NCBI GenBank assembly: GCA_047601445.1
Contig: JASGJH010000001.1
Coordinates: 8,416,001-8,480,000, forward strand
Direction of reading: 5' to 3'
Length of the DNA: 64,000 bases
From: Myxococcales bacterium
Lineage (GTDB): Bacteria > Myxococcota_A > Polyangia > Polyangiales > DASUME01
Every line of letters starts with the position of its first letter. Positions within the stretch are counted from its first letter, which is position 1. The notes beneath the pieces are model-generated. The model was not told the origin of the DNA. It saw only the letters and a list, made by a program, of their open reading frames with translations, and searched no databases. Below, in pieces: positions 1-10,048 of this stretch. A program made the position numbers and the translations under genes.

Positions 1-1
1 T

Positions 2-3000
2 AGCCTCGCCGTCAAGGCGGGTTCGTACGCCACGACGACGCTGACCATGACCTCGCCGCTCGACGCGCCGGCCTGGCCGCTCTACCGGGCAGCGGTCAGC
101 GCGACCGACTCGCAAGGTCACTCCTCTTCGGCCACGAATTACTACGAGGTGCCCTGCGTGCGCCGTGACCCCTCGGTCTCGTTCGTGCCCGCACAAACCG
201 TGGTGCAGGCGGGCAGCTCCGTGGTGTTCACGGCGACGGTCACGAGCAACGACACGGTCGGTTGCCAGGGCGATGATTTCGCGGTCACGCCGACGTGGCC
301 CAGTGGCTGGAGTGGGCCTCCTTGGGATGGTCTTTTTTTGGCTGGCGGCGAGAGCGGCACCATCGACTTCACCCTCAGCGTGCCGAACAAGGTCACGCCG
401 GGGACTTATACCGCGAGCGTCTTGGTCACCACGGCGAACAACACGCAGGGATCGGCCGCCCACGACTTCTCCGTGATCTGCGACCGCGCTCCGCCCACCA
501 TCACTCTCACGCCCAGCACCCAGAGCACGGTGGCCGGGGATTGGCTCGACTACTCCATCAGCGTCACCAACAACGACGCTGCAAACTGCCCTGCGCAAGA
601 CTTCGCCCTCACCGACACGGTCCCGGCGGGCTGGACGGGTGTGCTCGATGCGACGTCGCTTTCGATCGCTGGCGGCGGAACCAAGAGCGCGACCCTCACG
701 GCCACGAGTTCCTCGGACGCCTATGGCGCCGCCAACCCGCTGAGCGTCACGGCGACCGGCTCGAGCGGAACCGCCAAGGCCAACGCGTACTACGGCGTGA
801 CGTGCACGCGTGCCAAGCCGACCGTCACACTCGCGCCGACCTCCCAGACGGGTGCGCCGGGAGCGACGCTCGGCTACGGCGTGACCGTCAAGAACAACGA
901 CAGCGGTTGCAGTCCAGGCGTGTTCGCGCTGGGTAGCACGCTGCCGAGCGGCTGGGCGGGAAGCTTCACTCAGACGTCCCTCACGTTGGCGTCGGGGGCC
1001 TCGAGCAGCACCAACCTCTCGGTGACCTCGAGCGCCGGGGCGACTGGGACTCAGTCCTTGAGTGTGAGCGCGAGCAACGCCGACAGCGGCAGCAAGAGTG
1101 CCAGCGCTAGCTACGTGGTGGCCTGCACTCGCCACGCACCCAGTGTGTCATTGAATCCGAGCACGCAGACCGCCGTCGCCGGGACCGATCTCTCCTACAG
1201 CGCGACCATCACGAACAACGACAGTGGCTGCAGCGCTGGTACATTTGCGCTCGCCAGCAGTGTGCCAGCTGGCTACTCCGCAATCCTGGGCGGTGCGAGC
1301 GTTTCTCTGGCGTCCGGTGCGTCGACCCAGGTGAGCCTCTCCGCAAAGTCGCCGATCACCGCGAGCGGAACGGCCAGTCTGAGTGTCAGCGCGAGCAACG
1401 CGGCCAGCGGGAGTGGCTCCGGCAGCGCGGACTACGTCGCCACGCCAGCGCCCTGCACGCGTGCGGCGCCCACCTTGTCGCTCAGTCCGAGCTCGCAGAG
1501 CGGAAGCGCCGGTGCGCAGCTCTCCTACACGGGCACGCTCAAGAACAACGACAGCGCCACCTGCAGCTCGGGGACCTTCACGCTCACTAGCAGCGTGCCT
1601 GCGAGCTTCACGGCGACGCTCGACAGCTCGAGCCTGACCGTCGCGGCGGGCGCGTCCTCGAGCGTAAGCTTCAAGGTCACGAGCCCGGCGAACGCCACGG
1701 CTGGCACGAACTCGGTCAGCGTGACGGCCTCGAACGCGACGAGCGGAAGCGCGACCGGCTCTGCGGGGTACGAGGTGAGCGTGCCATGCACGCGGACGGC
1801 TCCTAGCGTCGTGTTGAGCCCAAGCACCCAGAGCGGCGCTCCAGGCGCCAAGCTCACCTACACAGTCACGGTCACCAACAACGACACGGTGGAGTGTGCT
1901 GCACAGAGCTTCACGCTGGGAGCGAGCGTGCCTCCCAACTTTAGCGGGGCGCTCTCGCCGACCTCGCTGAGCCTCGCTGCGGGCGCTTCGGGTAGCGCGA
2001 GCTTTGCCGTCACAGCCCCTGGGATGATCGCGCCGGGCGCCAAGACCGTCGGCGTGACGGCCAGTGGCAGCAAGAGCGGCAGCGGCAACGGCTCGGCGAC
2101 CTTCCAGGTCACCCCCAATCAGTGCGTGCGGAGCGCGCCGGCCGTGTCGATCGCACCGAGTTCTCAGAGCGGCGAGAGCGGCAGTGCCCTTCAATACACG
2201 GTCACCATCACGAACAAGGACAACAACGTCTGTCCGTCCGGCATGTTTTCACTCTCGGCGAGCGCGACGCTCGGCTTTCAGACGTCGCTCAGCGCCGGCT
2301 CCATCAGTCTGGCACCGAATGCTTCGGGTAGCGTGACGCTGACCGCCACGTCGCCCCAAAAGGCCGTCGCTGCGAGCACGCTCACCGTCTCGGCTCAGGG
2401 TGGGGCCAGCGGCACCGGGAGCGGCACGGCCACGTATACACCGAGCTGCGTCCATCATGCCCCCTCGCTGACGGTGGACACGAACTCGCAGACTGGCGCG
2501 GGCGGCGCGACACTCAAGTACAGCGTCACGCTGACCAACCAGGACTCGGCCGTTTGCCCTGCTGCCGCCTTCGACCTCGTCGCCAGCGCGCCTGCGGGAT
2601 TCACCGCACAGCTTGGCTTGAGCACGGTGAGTCTGGCTCCCGGGGCGGCCAGCACTATCGCCCTGTCGGTGGGCTCCCCGGCGAGCGCCAAGGGCACCAA
2701 CACCGTCCATGTCGATGCCGCCAACGCGGTGAGCGGCAACGCGGGAGTCAGTACGGACTACGTGGTGAGCTGCGTGCATCATGCGGCGAGCCTCACGTTC
2801 GAGGCGAGTACGCAGAGCGGCGCGGCGGGCAGCCCGCTGACCTACAAAGCTACCCTGACGAACAACGACGCAGCGGCCTGTGCCGACAACACATTCTCCC
2901 TCGTCGCCGCGGCACCCACCGGGTTTACGACCGAGGTCGCCTTGCCGAGCGTGTCGCTTGCGCCAGGCGCGAGCAGCGAGGTGGCGTTCACGGTGACCTC

Positions 3001-5159
3001 GCCGGCCAGTGCTTATGGCGACAACGACGTGAGCCTCACGGCCAGCGCCACGGGCAGCGGCAACACGGTGGGTCACGTGACCTATGCGTTGTTGTGCACA
3101 CGCGCACAGCCGACCCTCAGCTTTGGGGTGCCGATCCAGAGCGCCGCGCCGCAGGTCCCAACCAAGTACTCGGCCAGCCTCGTCAATCGCGACAGCGGCT
3201 GCGCGCCCAGCGACTTCACGATCGCAGCGGGCACGCCGCTCGGCTTTGTTCAGGGCCTGTCGGCGTCCAGCGTGACGCTCGGCTCGGCTGCATCTACCAC
3301 GGTCGACCTCACGGTGACTGCTCCGGTGGCAGCCTACGGAGACAACGCGCTGAGCATGACCGCGGGCAGCGCCCAGAGCGGGCAAGTGACGGGCAGCGCA
3401 ACACTGAGCGTGGTGTGCGCTCATCAGGCGCCGCTGTTGCAGGTCAACCCGGGTTCGTTGCACGGCTTGGCGGGCAGCGCGCTCGTCTTCACGGCGACGG
3501 TCTCGAACGCGGATGTGGGGTGTCCGGCCCAGGACATCGCCTTGAGCGCACTGCCGATCAAGGGCTTCTCGGCGGTTTCTGCGCCGACCTCACTCACGCT
3601 CGCCAGCGGTGCGGGCGGCCAGGCCACATTCACCGTGACGTCGTCTGCCAATATGTCGGCTGGCTCGTACTCGGTCGCCTTCACCGCACAGGATCCCCGC
3701 GGAGCCAGCGCGCAAGCCAGCGCGGTCGCGGTCGTCGACCCGCCCCCGTGCGTCGCCAAGGCACCCGTCGTCCACCTGAGTCCGGCCAGCTTGGCTGGGC
3801 ATCCGGGCGATCAGAACTCCTACCTGGCCAGCGTCGATAACCTCGACTCGAGCACCTGCGAACCCGCGGGCTTTCGGCTCTCGGTATTCGGAGACGCGAC
3901 CTTCACCACGGCCGTGGAACCAAATGAGCTGACGCTCGCGCCAGGTCAGTCGAGCGCAGCGTTTTCGGTGAAGGTCACCGCGCCCTCGGATGCGCCGCTC
4001 GGGCCGAGCTCCTTTTCGTTGGTCGCGACCCGAGTGCAGAGCGCAGGTTCGCAGAACGACAGTGGCAGCGCCGATCTGCTCTACGACGTCTCCTCCGCGC
4101 CCTGTCTCGCCGGCACGCCGACGCTCGTGGTCGATCCGGTCGGTCGGAGTGGAACGGGCGTCGCCCTCACGTACCGTGTCGCGGTCACCAGTCATGCACG
4201 CGGAACCGAGTGTCCGAGCGAGAGCATCACGCTGGCGGCGCCGACCACGGCGGAATCTCGCAACCAAGCTCTCTGCGGTTCTGCTCGGGCTCGAAGCCGG
4301 AACGACGCAGACGGCGACACTCACGCTCACGCCCACGGGCAACGCCAGCGAGGGGCCGCACGAAGTGTTGGTGAGCGCAACGTCGGATAGCGGAGAGCTC
4401 ACCGCCACGGCCAGCTACCAGCTCGATTCAGCGGGCTGTTCGCGCTCTGTGCCCGAGCTAGTCGCGGTCGCATCGCTGCAAGAGGTACACGCGGCCGGCG
4501 CCATCGCGACCTACTCCTTGACGCTGGAGAACCTCGACTCCGCGGGCTGCGCCGACGGCGTGTTCGATCTCTCGAGCGAGCTCGGCGCGGAATGGTCGCT
4601 GGTCGCCGCACCAGTGACGCTGGCTCCCGGCGCCAAGACGAGCTTGCTCGTGAGCGTCAGCTCGCCCTCCACGGAGCCGGTCGGCACGACTGCCTTTGCG
4701 GTGACAGCGAGCCAGCGCAGTGATCCGGCCTTCAGCGCGAGCGAGCTGCTCGACTACACCATCGTGGCGGCCGCGCCGGATGCCGGCGTGGGGCCGAAGG
4801 ACGCTGGCGTGGAGCCCCTGGATGCTGCGGTGGGCATGGATGCGGGCGACGCGCTGGAGGACGCTGGTGTCGATGCGAGCGTCGGCGATGCCACGAACGA
4901 GCGTCCGGCCAACCCGGAGGCGGACGCGATGACCGGCGGAGCGCATGACGCGGGGAGCACGCCATCGGTTCCCGACATGCACACGGATACGGGCCCCGAC
5001 GACCAGAACGACGAGCATGATGCCGGCCCAGACAAATCGAGTACCCAGGGGCACGGTGGCTGCGCAGTCGCCGAACCCGGCCGAGGAAGGTTGAGTGAGC
5101 TCTTGGGAATCGTGACGTTGGCCCTCGCATTCGGCCTTCGACGCAGACGCGTCGTATGA
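2..5159 (+). CDS. Large surface protein with tandem Ig-like (NEW3-like) repeats and a MYXO-CTERM-like tail; 5'-truncated, apparent frameshift at ~4253
   Basis: The frame is open from base 2 (SLAVKAGSYATTTLTMTS...). It has 14 repeats of ~110 aa of the form C-x-R/H-x-x-P...Q-x-G-x-x-G..L.Y.VT..N.D..C. ORFs 47..4390 and 3990..5159 join if one base near 4253 is removed (APTTA|NLATKLS). The C-terminus has a DAG linker, GGCAV, a hydrophobic stretch and RRRR. Confidence 0.8.
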
Positions 5160-6409
5160 TTCGGGCCCGGCACTGGATCAGCCTGGGCTCCGTACTGTGT
5201 GCCTGCAGCGCGTCGAATGGCGAGGTCGCGGGAACCAGCTGGGCAATTACGGGCGGAGAACCCGACTCGGCATACCCGGCAGTGGGGCGCGTGGTGTCGG
5301 CAGCGCTCGAATGTTCGGGCACGCTGATTGCGCCGCAGGTCGCGATCAGCGCCGCACACTGCGACGGCAGTGACCTGGTGTTCGTGCTCGGTGACGAAGA
5401 GATTCCGGTGGCGCACACGCAGGTGCATCCCTCCTATGGGGTCGCGGACCCACAGGCGTCCGACTTGATGCTGCTCGAGCTCGCGTTCCCGGCGAGCACG
5501 TCACCCATACCGATCTCCACCGACATTCTGGCTGCTTCGGAGGCGGTCACGCTGGTCGGTTTCGGCGAGGACGAACAGGGCGCCAGTGGAACGCGCAGAC
5601 AGGGTGCGTCCGTGGTGAGCTCGGTGGCGATGAGCACCTTTGAAGTGGCAGGCGATAGGGGAGCGCAGGCCTGCGCGGGCGATTCTGGGGGCCCCGTGCT
5701 GAGCAGCGCGGACCGCGGTCTCGCGGGGATCGTGTCGACAGGCGAGGGGGAATGCGGAAGCGCGGTCGCGTTCACCAAGCTGTCTGCCTACACGACGTGG
5801 CTCGCCGTGAATGCGCCAGAAGCGCGCTCGAGCTCAGGAGATCCCTTGAGCGCTCGGGATCAGCCGCCCGAGCTGCAAATCGTGAGGCCCGGGGAGGGGG
5901 CCACGATGCCGGTGGAGTTCGAGCTGGTGGCGGTCGTTGCCGACGACCACGGGGCGCTCACCGTCGAGCTACTCGTCGATGGCACGGTGCGCGTCGCCGC
6001 GGTGGCCGAGCGCGAAACGCGTCTAGCCGTGCTTGCCGCTCCCGGTCCGCATCAGTTCGTGGTGCGTGTGGCGGACGCGAGCGGCAACGTCACGGAGACT
6101 ACGCGCCAGCTCACGCTCGAGGCGCCCCTCACGCCGCCCGGAGCCATCGGCTCCGCCTGTTGGGACGACACGGATTGCGCCCAAGGCGAATGCGCGGTCA
6201 CAGCGGACCAGCGCGTCTGCGCGGAGAGCTGTTCCGCCGACGCGGGATGCGAACCTGCCTCGCCAGCGCATCGCGGTCCGGACGCGGCATCGTGCGCGCT
6301 GACCATCCTTCCCGAGACCCAAAGGCAAGCCTGGCCTGTTGCGTGGATGGTGCTGTTGGCGCTGAGCAGTCGTGCTCGCCGACGACGTGGCCATCGCGGT
6401 CCTCAGTAG
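5156..6409 (+). CDS. Trypsin-like (S1) serine protease with an Ig-like domain, a Cys-rich region and a MYXO-CTERM-like tail
   Basis: Mature start ITGG, catalytic motifs SAAHC, DLMLL and GDSGGP, lipoprotein-like signal, ATGA overlap with the upstream gene. Confidence 0.9.
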   Translation: MIRARHWISLGSVLCACSASNGEVAGTSWAITGGEPDSAYPAVGRVVSAALECSGTLIAPQVAISAAHCDGSDLVFVLGDEEIPVAHTQVHPSYGVADPQASDLMLLELAFPASTSPIPISTDILAASEAVTLVGFGEDEQGASGTRRQGASVVSSVAMSTFEVAGDRGAQACAGDSGGPVLSSADRGLAGIVSTGEGECGSAVAFTKLSAYTTWLAVNAPEARSSSGDPLSARDQPPELQIVRPGEGATMPVEFELVAVVADDHGALTVELLVDGTVRVAAVAERETRLAVLAAPGPHQFVVRVADASGNVTETTRQLTLEAPLTPPGAIGSACWDDTDCAQGECAVTADQRVCAESCSADAGCEPASPAHRGPDAASCALTILPETQRQAWPVAWMVLLALSSRARRRRGHRGPQ

Positions 6410-6410
6410 C

Positions 6411-6442
6411 GAGCGCAAGAGCGCAAGAGCGCAGAAGCGCAG
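6411..6442. repeat. Short tandem 8-mer repeat, 4 degenerate copies of GAGCGCAA
   Basis: GAGCGCAA GAGCGCAA GAGCGCAG AAGCGCAG, between convergent genes. Confidence 0.6.
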
Positions 6443-6477
6443 CCACGGGTCTTGGCCGAGGAGCTCGAGCGTTTGGC

Positions 6478-6855
6478 CTAGTTGCCAGGCGATTCGAGCC
6501 AGCGGAGCGCTTCGTCGAGTCCTGGAAATCCCTGGATTTCGAGGCCCGATGAGACGCTTACGGCGAGGATCGACATGGGCACCGAGGGCAGTGTGTACAC
6601 GACGGCAATGCGCTGGATGCGGCGCTGGTAGCTACGCAAGAAGTCCAGGTGACTCAGCGCAAATGCCGGGGTGAAGTGCACGACGCCTAGCGTCTCGAAG
6701 AGCAGACAAGCGCGCCCCGGTAGCCGCACGATGAGCTGTATGAGCTCGGGGATGTAGCTCGTGTGATGACCGTCCAGCTCCCCGCGGCAGCGAATCTCGA
6801 TGATGCCCTCCTTGAGCAGTCGAACGAGCACCGGTTTTGCGTCGTCTGAGAGCAT
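6478..6855 (-). CDS. Small STAS/SEC14 (SpoIIAA-like) domain protein
   Basis: Alpha/beta pattern ending in 'RIAVV...FPGLDEALRWL', typical of this family. The start at ATG 6855 is a choice; the ORF extends to 6921. Confidence 0.65.
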   Translation of the reverse strand: MLSDDAKPVLVRLLKEGIIEIRCRGELDGHHTSYIPELIQLIVRLPGRACLLFETLGVVHFTPAFALSHLDFLRSYQRRIQRIAVVYTLPSVPMSILAVSVSSGLEIQGFPGLDEALRWLESPGN

Positions 6856-6950
6856 TCCCGCGAAGGCTACCCCGAGAGCAGGCATCGTGGGACCACAGAC
6901 TCGTCGGTTTCTGGCGCTCAAGGCGAGTCTGTGGCTGGCTCGCCCCTGCC

Positions 6951-7523
6951 ATGTCCAAGTCGACTCGCAGCCAGCTTCGAAGCGTACAGTTTGGCAGCCG
7001 GCCTGCAGGGCTGGGGCAGCGCGCGCTCGTTGCGGTCTCCGCTCTGCGCTCGCGGGCGGGCACCCATGCTTCGAGCCAGCTTCGCCGCGCGGCGGGGGAC
7101 CTTCTCGCGGGCGCGCTCGGCAAGCTCGAGGGACGCATGCTGGGATCGGCGGGCTCCGAGCGTTCCGTGGAGCGCATGCGCGAGGTGCTGGAGCGCGACC
7201 GCGCCCTTGCTTTCGCCGGGCATGCGGCCACTGCTGCAGCGTCGCTTGCCACCTCGCCAGGGCGTCCGGACGCCGCTACCGCAGCGGACGCCGCGACCGA
7301 GGCGACGAATGAACCGACGGCGCCCGAGGCAACGAAGGCGGTGAGCTGCCAGGAGCCGATCCGCACCCGGACGTTTGCGCGGCTCTTGGCGGCGCAGGGC
7401 CACCTGGAGCGGGCGCTGTCGATCTATGCTTATCTGATCGAGCAGCAGCCAAGCGATGCGGGCCTGATGGACGAGGCCGCTGCGCTGCGCGCGCTTCACC
7501 CCGAGGTTCTCCAGCCGTCCTAG
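6951..7523 (+). CDS. Hypothetical protein with a C-terminal TPR-like helix pair
   Basis: TPR-like motif 'TRTFARLLAAQGHLERALSIYAYLIEQQP'. Start uncertain. Confidence 0.6.
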   Translation: MSKSTRSQLRSVQFGSRPAGLGQRALVAVSALRSRAGTHASSQLRRAAGDLLAGALGKLEGRMLGSAGSERSVERMREVLERDRALAFAGHAATAAASLATSPGRPDAATAADAATEATNEPTAPEATKAVSCQEPIRTRTFARLLAAQGHLERALSIYAYLIEQQPSDAGLMDEAAALRALHPEVLQPS

Positions 7524-7623
7524 TCATGCCGCGCGACTCGACGTGGATTCACAGGGCGTGCTCGAACAGCCACACCAGATCTCGAGACGTGTGAGCTAGA
7601 TGGCTCTTTTCTCTCTTTTGGTC

Positions 7624-7639
7624 AGGCACGCTTCCTGCT
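7624..7639 (+). promoter_or_regulatory. Candidate sigma-54 (-24/-12) promoter
   Basis: AGGCACGCTTCCTGCT has GG-N10-GC and the GGCACG core, ~17 nt before ATG 7656. Confidence 0.4.
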
Positions 7640-7655
7640 TTGAACCCCGCGTCAG

Positions 7656-8558
7656 ATGGTGATGCACCTCCTCACGGCGATCCTCCTCGCGGCCTCGGTT
7701 GCGGCACCAGCATGGGCCCAGGATGCGAGGGCGGCGCCCGCTGCTGCCAGTGCGGACGCGGAAGCCCAGGCATACAGAGCGCAGCTGGTCGAGGCCCGCG
7801 CAAAAATCGACCGCCAGTTGGCCGAGGCGCGAGCGGAGCGGAAGAGGGCGAGCTTGGTAGCGCCCGCCGTGGGCTTGGCCGGCAGTGTCGGTGCGCTCGG
7901 CGTCTTGAGTCTCGTGTTCCTCACGTATCCGGGGTACCCAGAACATGCGGGATCGATCCTGATCGCCTCGACGGTACCGGCGGTGACCCTGGTCGGCAGC
8001 GGCGTCTTCTTCAGGCTACGGAGGAAACATCACAGGGGAGCTGGTCGCGCGATCGCAGCACTCGAAACCCAGCGTACGGTACTCGATGCCCGCCTGAGAG
8101 ACACGAGTCGAGAAGGCCGATTGGCTGCGGATCGCGTAGAAGCTGCGGCTCGCGTGCGCCTGGCCGAGGTTGACGCTCGCCGGCTCGAGCTCCAGCGCGA
8201 GCAACACGGCTATTCCTACGCGGGGCCCATGGTCTTGGTGGCAACTGGCACGATGGCGGCCGCTACCTTCGCGCTCTGGTCGTTCACTGTCTGGCTGAGG
8301 GAGTATGCGTTCAGCGAGTACCCCGAAGAGTATTCGGATGACTCCAAGCGTTTGGTGCGAGGCATGGCGGCGGGTTCGCTCGCGGGGATCGCGTTGGCAG
8401 CGGGAGGTGGCCTGTGGTTTCGCTCGAGCCGTCGCGCCCGGGCGCGTCTTGCACCTGAACTCCAGAAGCTCGAAGTCGAGCGCAACGGGCTGCAGATGCA
8501 CATCGCACCTCAGCTTGGCCCCACGAGCTTGGGATTCATGCTTCAAGGCCGCTTTTGA
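7656..8558 (+). CDS. Secreted/membrane hypothetical protein with coiled coils, hydrophobic hairpins and a C-terminal LQGRF motif
   Basis: Signal peptide (AWA|Q), two internal coiled-coil plus hydrophobic-hairpin units, terminal Phe. Confidence 0.7.
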   Translation: MVMHLLTAILLAASVAAPAWAQDARAAPAAASADAEAQAYRAQLVEARAKIDRQLAEARAERKRASLVAPAVGLAGSVGALGVLSLVFLTYPGYPEHAGSILIASTVPAVTLVGSGVFFRLRRKHHRGAGRAIAALETQRTVLDARLRDTSREGRLAADRVEAAARVRLAEVDARRLELQREQHGYSYAGPMVLVATGTMAAATFALWSFTVWLREYAFSEYPEEYSDDSKRLVRGMAAGSLAGIALAAGGGLWFRSSRRARARLAPELQKLEVERNGLQMHIAPQLGPTSLGFMLQGRF

Positions 8559-8671
8559 CGGGCTGAGCAGGCCGCGCTCATGATTTCATCCCACAAACTT
8601 CAAGCCTGAGATGCTGGCCTCAACGACCGTGAATCGTACCCTTGCGCTGTCGCTTGACCTGGGGAGGATTC

Positions 8672-9313
8672 ATGGAGAGAGCCAGTGCAGTTCGCGCGCT
8701 TGCCGTGTCCTTTTGTACGCTGATCGCCTGTACGCACTCGGAGCGCCCAAGCCCGACTGCCACTTGCCTCGCTCCTTCGTCTGGACCCGACGCCTGCGAG
8801 GATCAGATTTGCCTCGAGGAGCAACAGACCCTGACCGTCGACAGCCACCAGGCTTCCGATGGCCAGTTCAACTGCCGCGGTTGCAAGGACCCAGACGTGC
8901 TCTCCAGAGATGACCGCCTCGAGAATGCCTTCGTCACGTTCAGCACGCCGGACCTCGAGGTCCACCTGACCTTCGACAATCGCGTGTCCCTCGACCTCAC
9001 GCTCGAGAACCTGCGCAAGTACGCCGGCGACGCGAGCGGCACCTACCACGTGCAGGGCGGGGGCATGGGCTTTGCGTTCGTTCCGTTCGAAGTCGCCTCC
9101 TACACCGGGGGACGCCTTCGGGTCCGCTTCGACGCCTCCCTCGGGACCTTCAGCTATGACGGCGAACGCACCCCCTACAGCTGCGACGTCGTGATCGGGG
9201 GCCAAACGGTCCCCTCCGTGTGCACCAAGATGACGTGCGGCTACCAGACCCAGGCGGGTGGTCACCCGGTCGAGTTGGCGGTGGACCTCGCGGGCGAGCT
9301 CGCCTTCTACTGA
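8672..9313 (+). CDS. Cys-containing lipoprotein of unknown function
   Basis: GGAGG RBS, lipobox LIAC, distant resemblance to 27850..28494. Confidence 0.7.
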   Translation: MERASAVRALAVSFCTLIACTHSERPSPTATCLAPSSGPDACEDQICLEEQQTLTVDSHQASDGQFNCRGCKDPDVLSRDDRLENAFVTFSTPDLEVHLTFDNRVSLDLTLENLRKYAGDASGTYHVQGGGMGFAFVPFEVASYTGGRLRVRFDASLGTFSYDGERTPYSCDVVIGGQTVPSVCTKMTCGYQTQAGGHPVELAVDLAGELAFY

Positions 9314-9404
9314 GGCACCCCGGACCACGTCGACGGCGGGCACCCTGAAAATTCGTGCGGCGCGTTTCATCAATGGGTCCCCTTCGGGTGACTCACCTAC
9401 CGCC

Positions 9405-9953
9405 ATGCGTATCCCCCAACGTTTCCTTTTGTCGCTCGTCGTCGCGCTGTGGTTCGCTGCCTGCGGTGACGACGGCGGCTACGACTCGCCCCAGACCTGC
9501 CAGCTCGAGTGCGAGCGCGCGGCGCAGTGCTCGCCCCGGACCGACCCGCGTGCCTGTCGCGACCAGTGTGCATACCCGTCCAGGCCGTCACCGCCACCCT
9601 TGAGCCCGCGCTACCTGGATGCCGTGCGCCGCTGCCTGGCCACGATCTCCTGCGATGTGGCGAGTCTGGGCGGTGCGAGCGACACCTGCGCCCGCGACGC
9701 CGCGCTCAGCCTCGAGCCGTCGAAGCCCGCGAGCGACCTGTGCCGGCGTGCTGTCCGCGCGGATGAGCTGTGCCGCGTGAACACGTTTTCCAGCAGCGCC
9801 TGCCTCGAGGAGGTCAAGATCTACGACGACGAGGTGCTGCGCCGAGCAGCGCGCTGTTACGACGGTGCGTGCGTGGATCAGTCGCGGTGTCTGGAGTACG
9901 TTTTCGGCTATCCGTACCCGTACGTCTATCCGTATCCGCGGGAGATCCGCTGA
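9405..9953 (+). CDS. Cys-rich lipoprotein
   Basis: Signal ending FAAC, repeated CxxxC helical motifs, Tyr-Pro-rich C-terminus. Confidence 0.7.
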   Translation: MRIPQRFLLSLVVALWFAACGDDGGYDSPQTCQLECERAAQCSPRTDPRACRDQCAYPSRPSPPPLSPRYLDAVRRCLATISCDVASLGGASDTCARDAALSLEPSKPASDLCRRAVRADELCRVNTFSSSACLEEVKIYDDEVLRRAARCYDGACVDQSRCLEYVFGYPYPYVYPYPREIR

Positions 9954-10010
9954 GCGGGCGTCTTCGGCGACCCCGGCCATCGTCGGGCTGCCCCGCGGCC
10001 GTAAGAAATT

Positions 10011-10048
10011 CTGAACCGGTTTGAACCGACCTGGACTCTAGGGACGGC
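10011..10048 (+). promoter_or_regulatory. ECF-type promoter, cassette-1 motif, copy 1
   Basis: CTGAACCG-N17-CTCTAGGG-ACG-GC-ATG. The motif starts 38 nt before ATG 10049. Confidence 0.75.

Noticed and set aside
4240..4270. Programmed ribosomal frameshift giving anchored and released forms
   Set aside because: No slippery sequence or stimulatory structure is evident, and similar single-base breaks occur in two other genes.
7640..7670. TTGAACCC before the 7656 gene
   Set aside because: The implied -10 element would fall inside the coding sequence.
9909..9940. YPYPYVYPYP tail as a RiPP core or contingency repeat
   Set aside because: The codons are mixed and no modifying enzymes are nearby; it is best read as a low-complexity tail.
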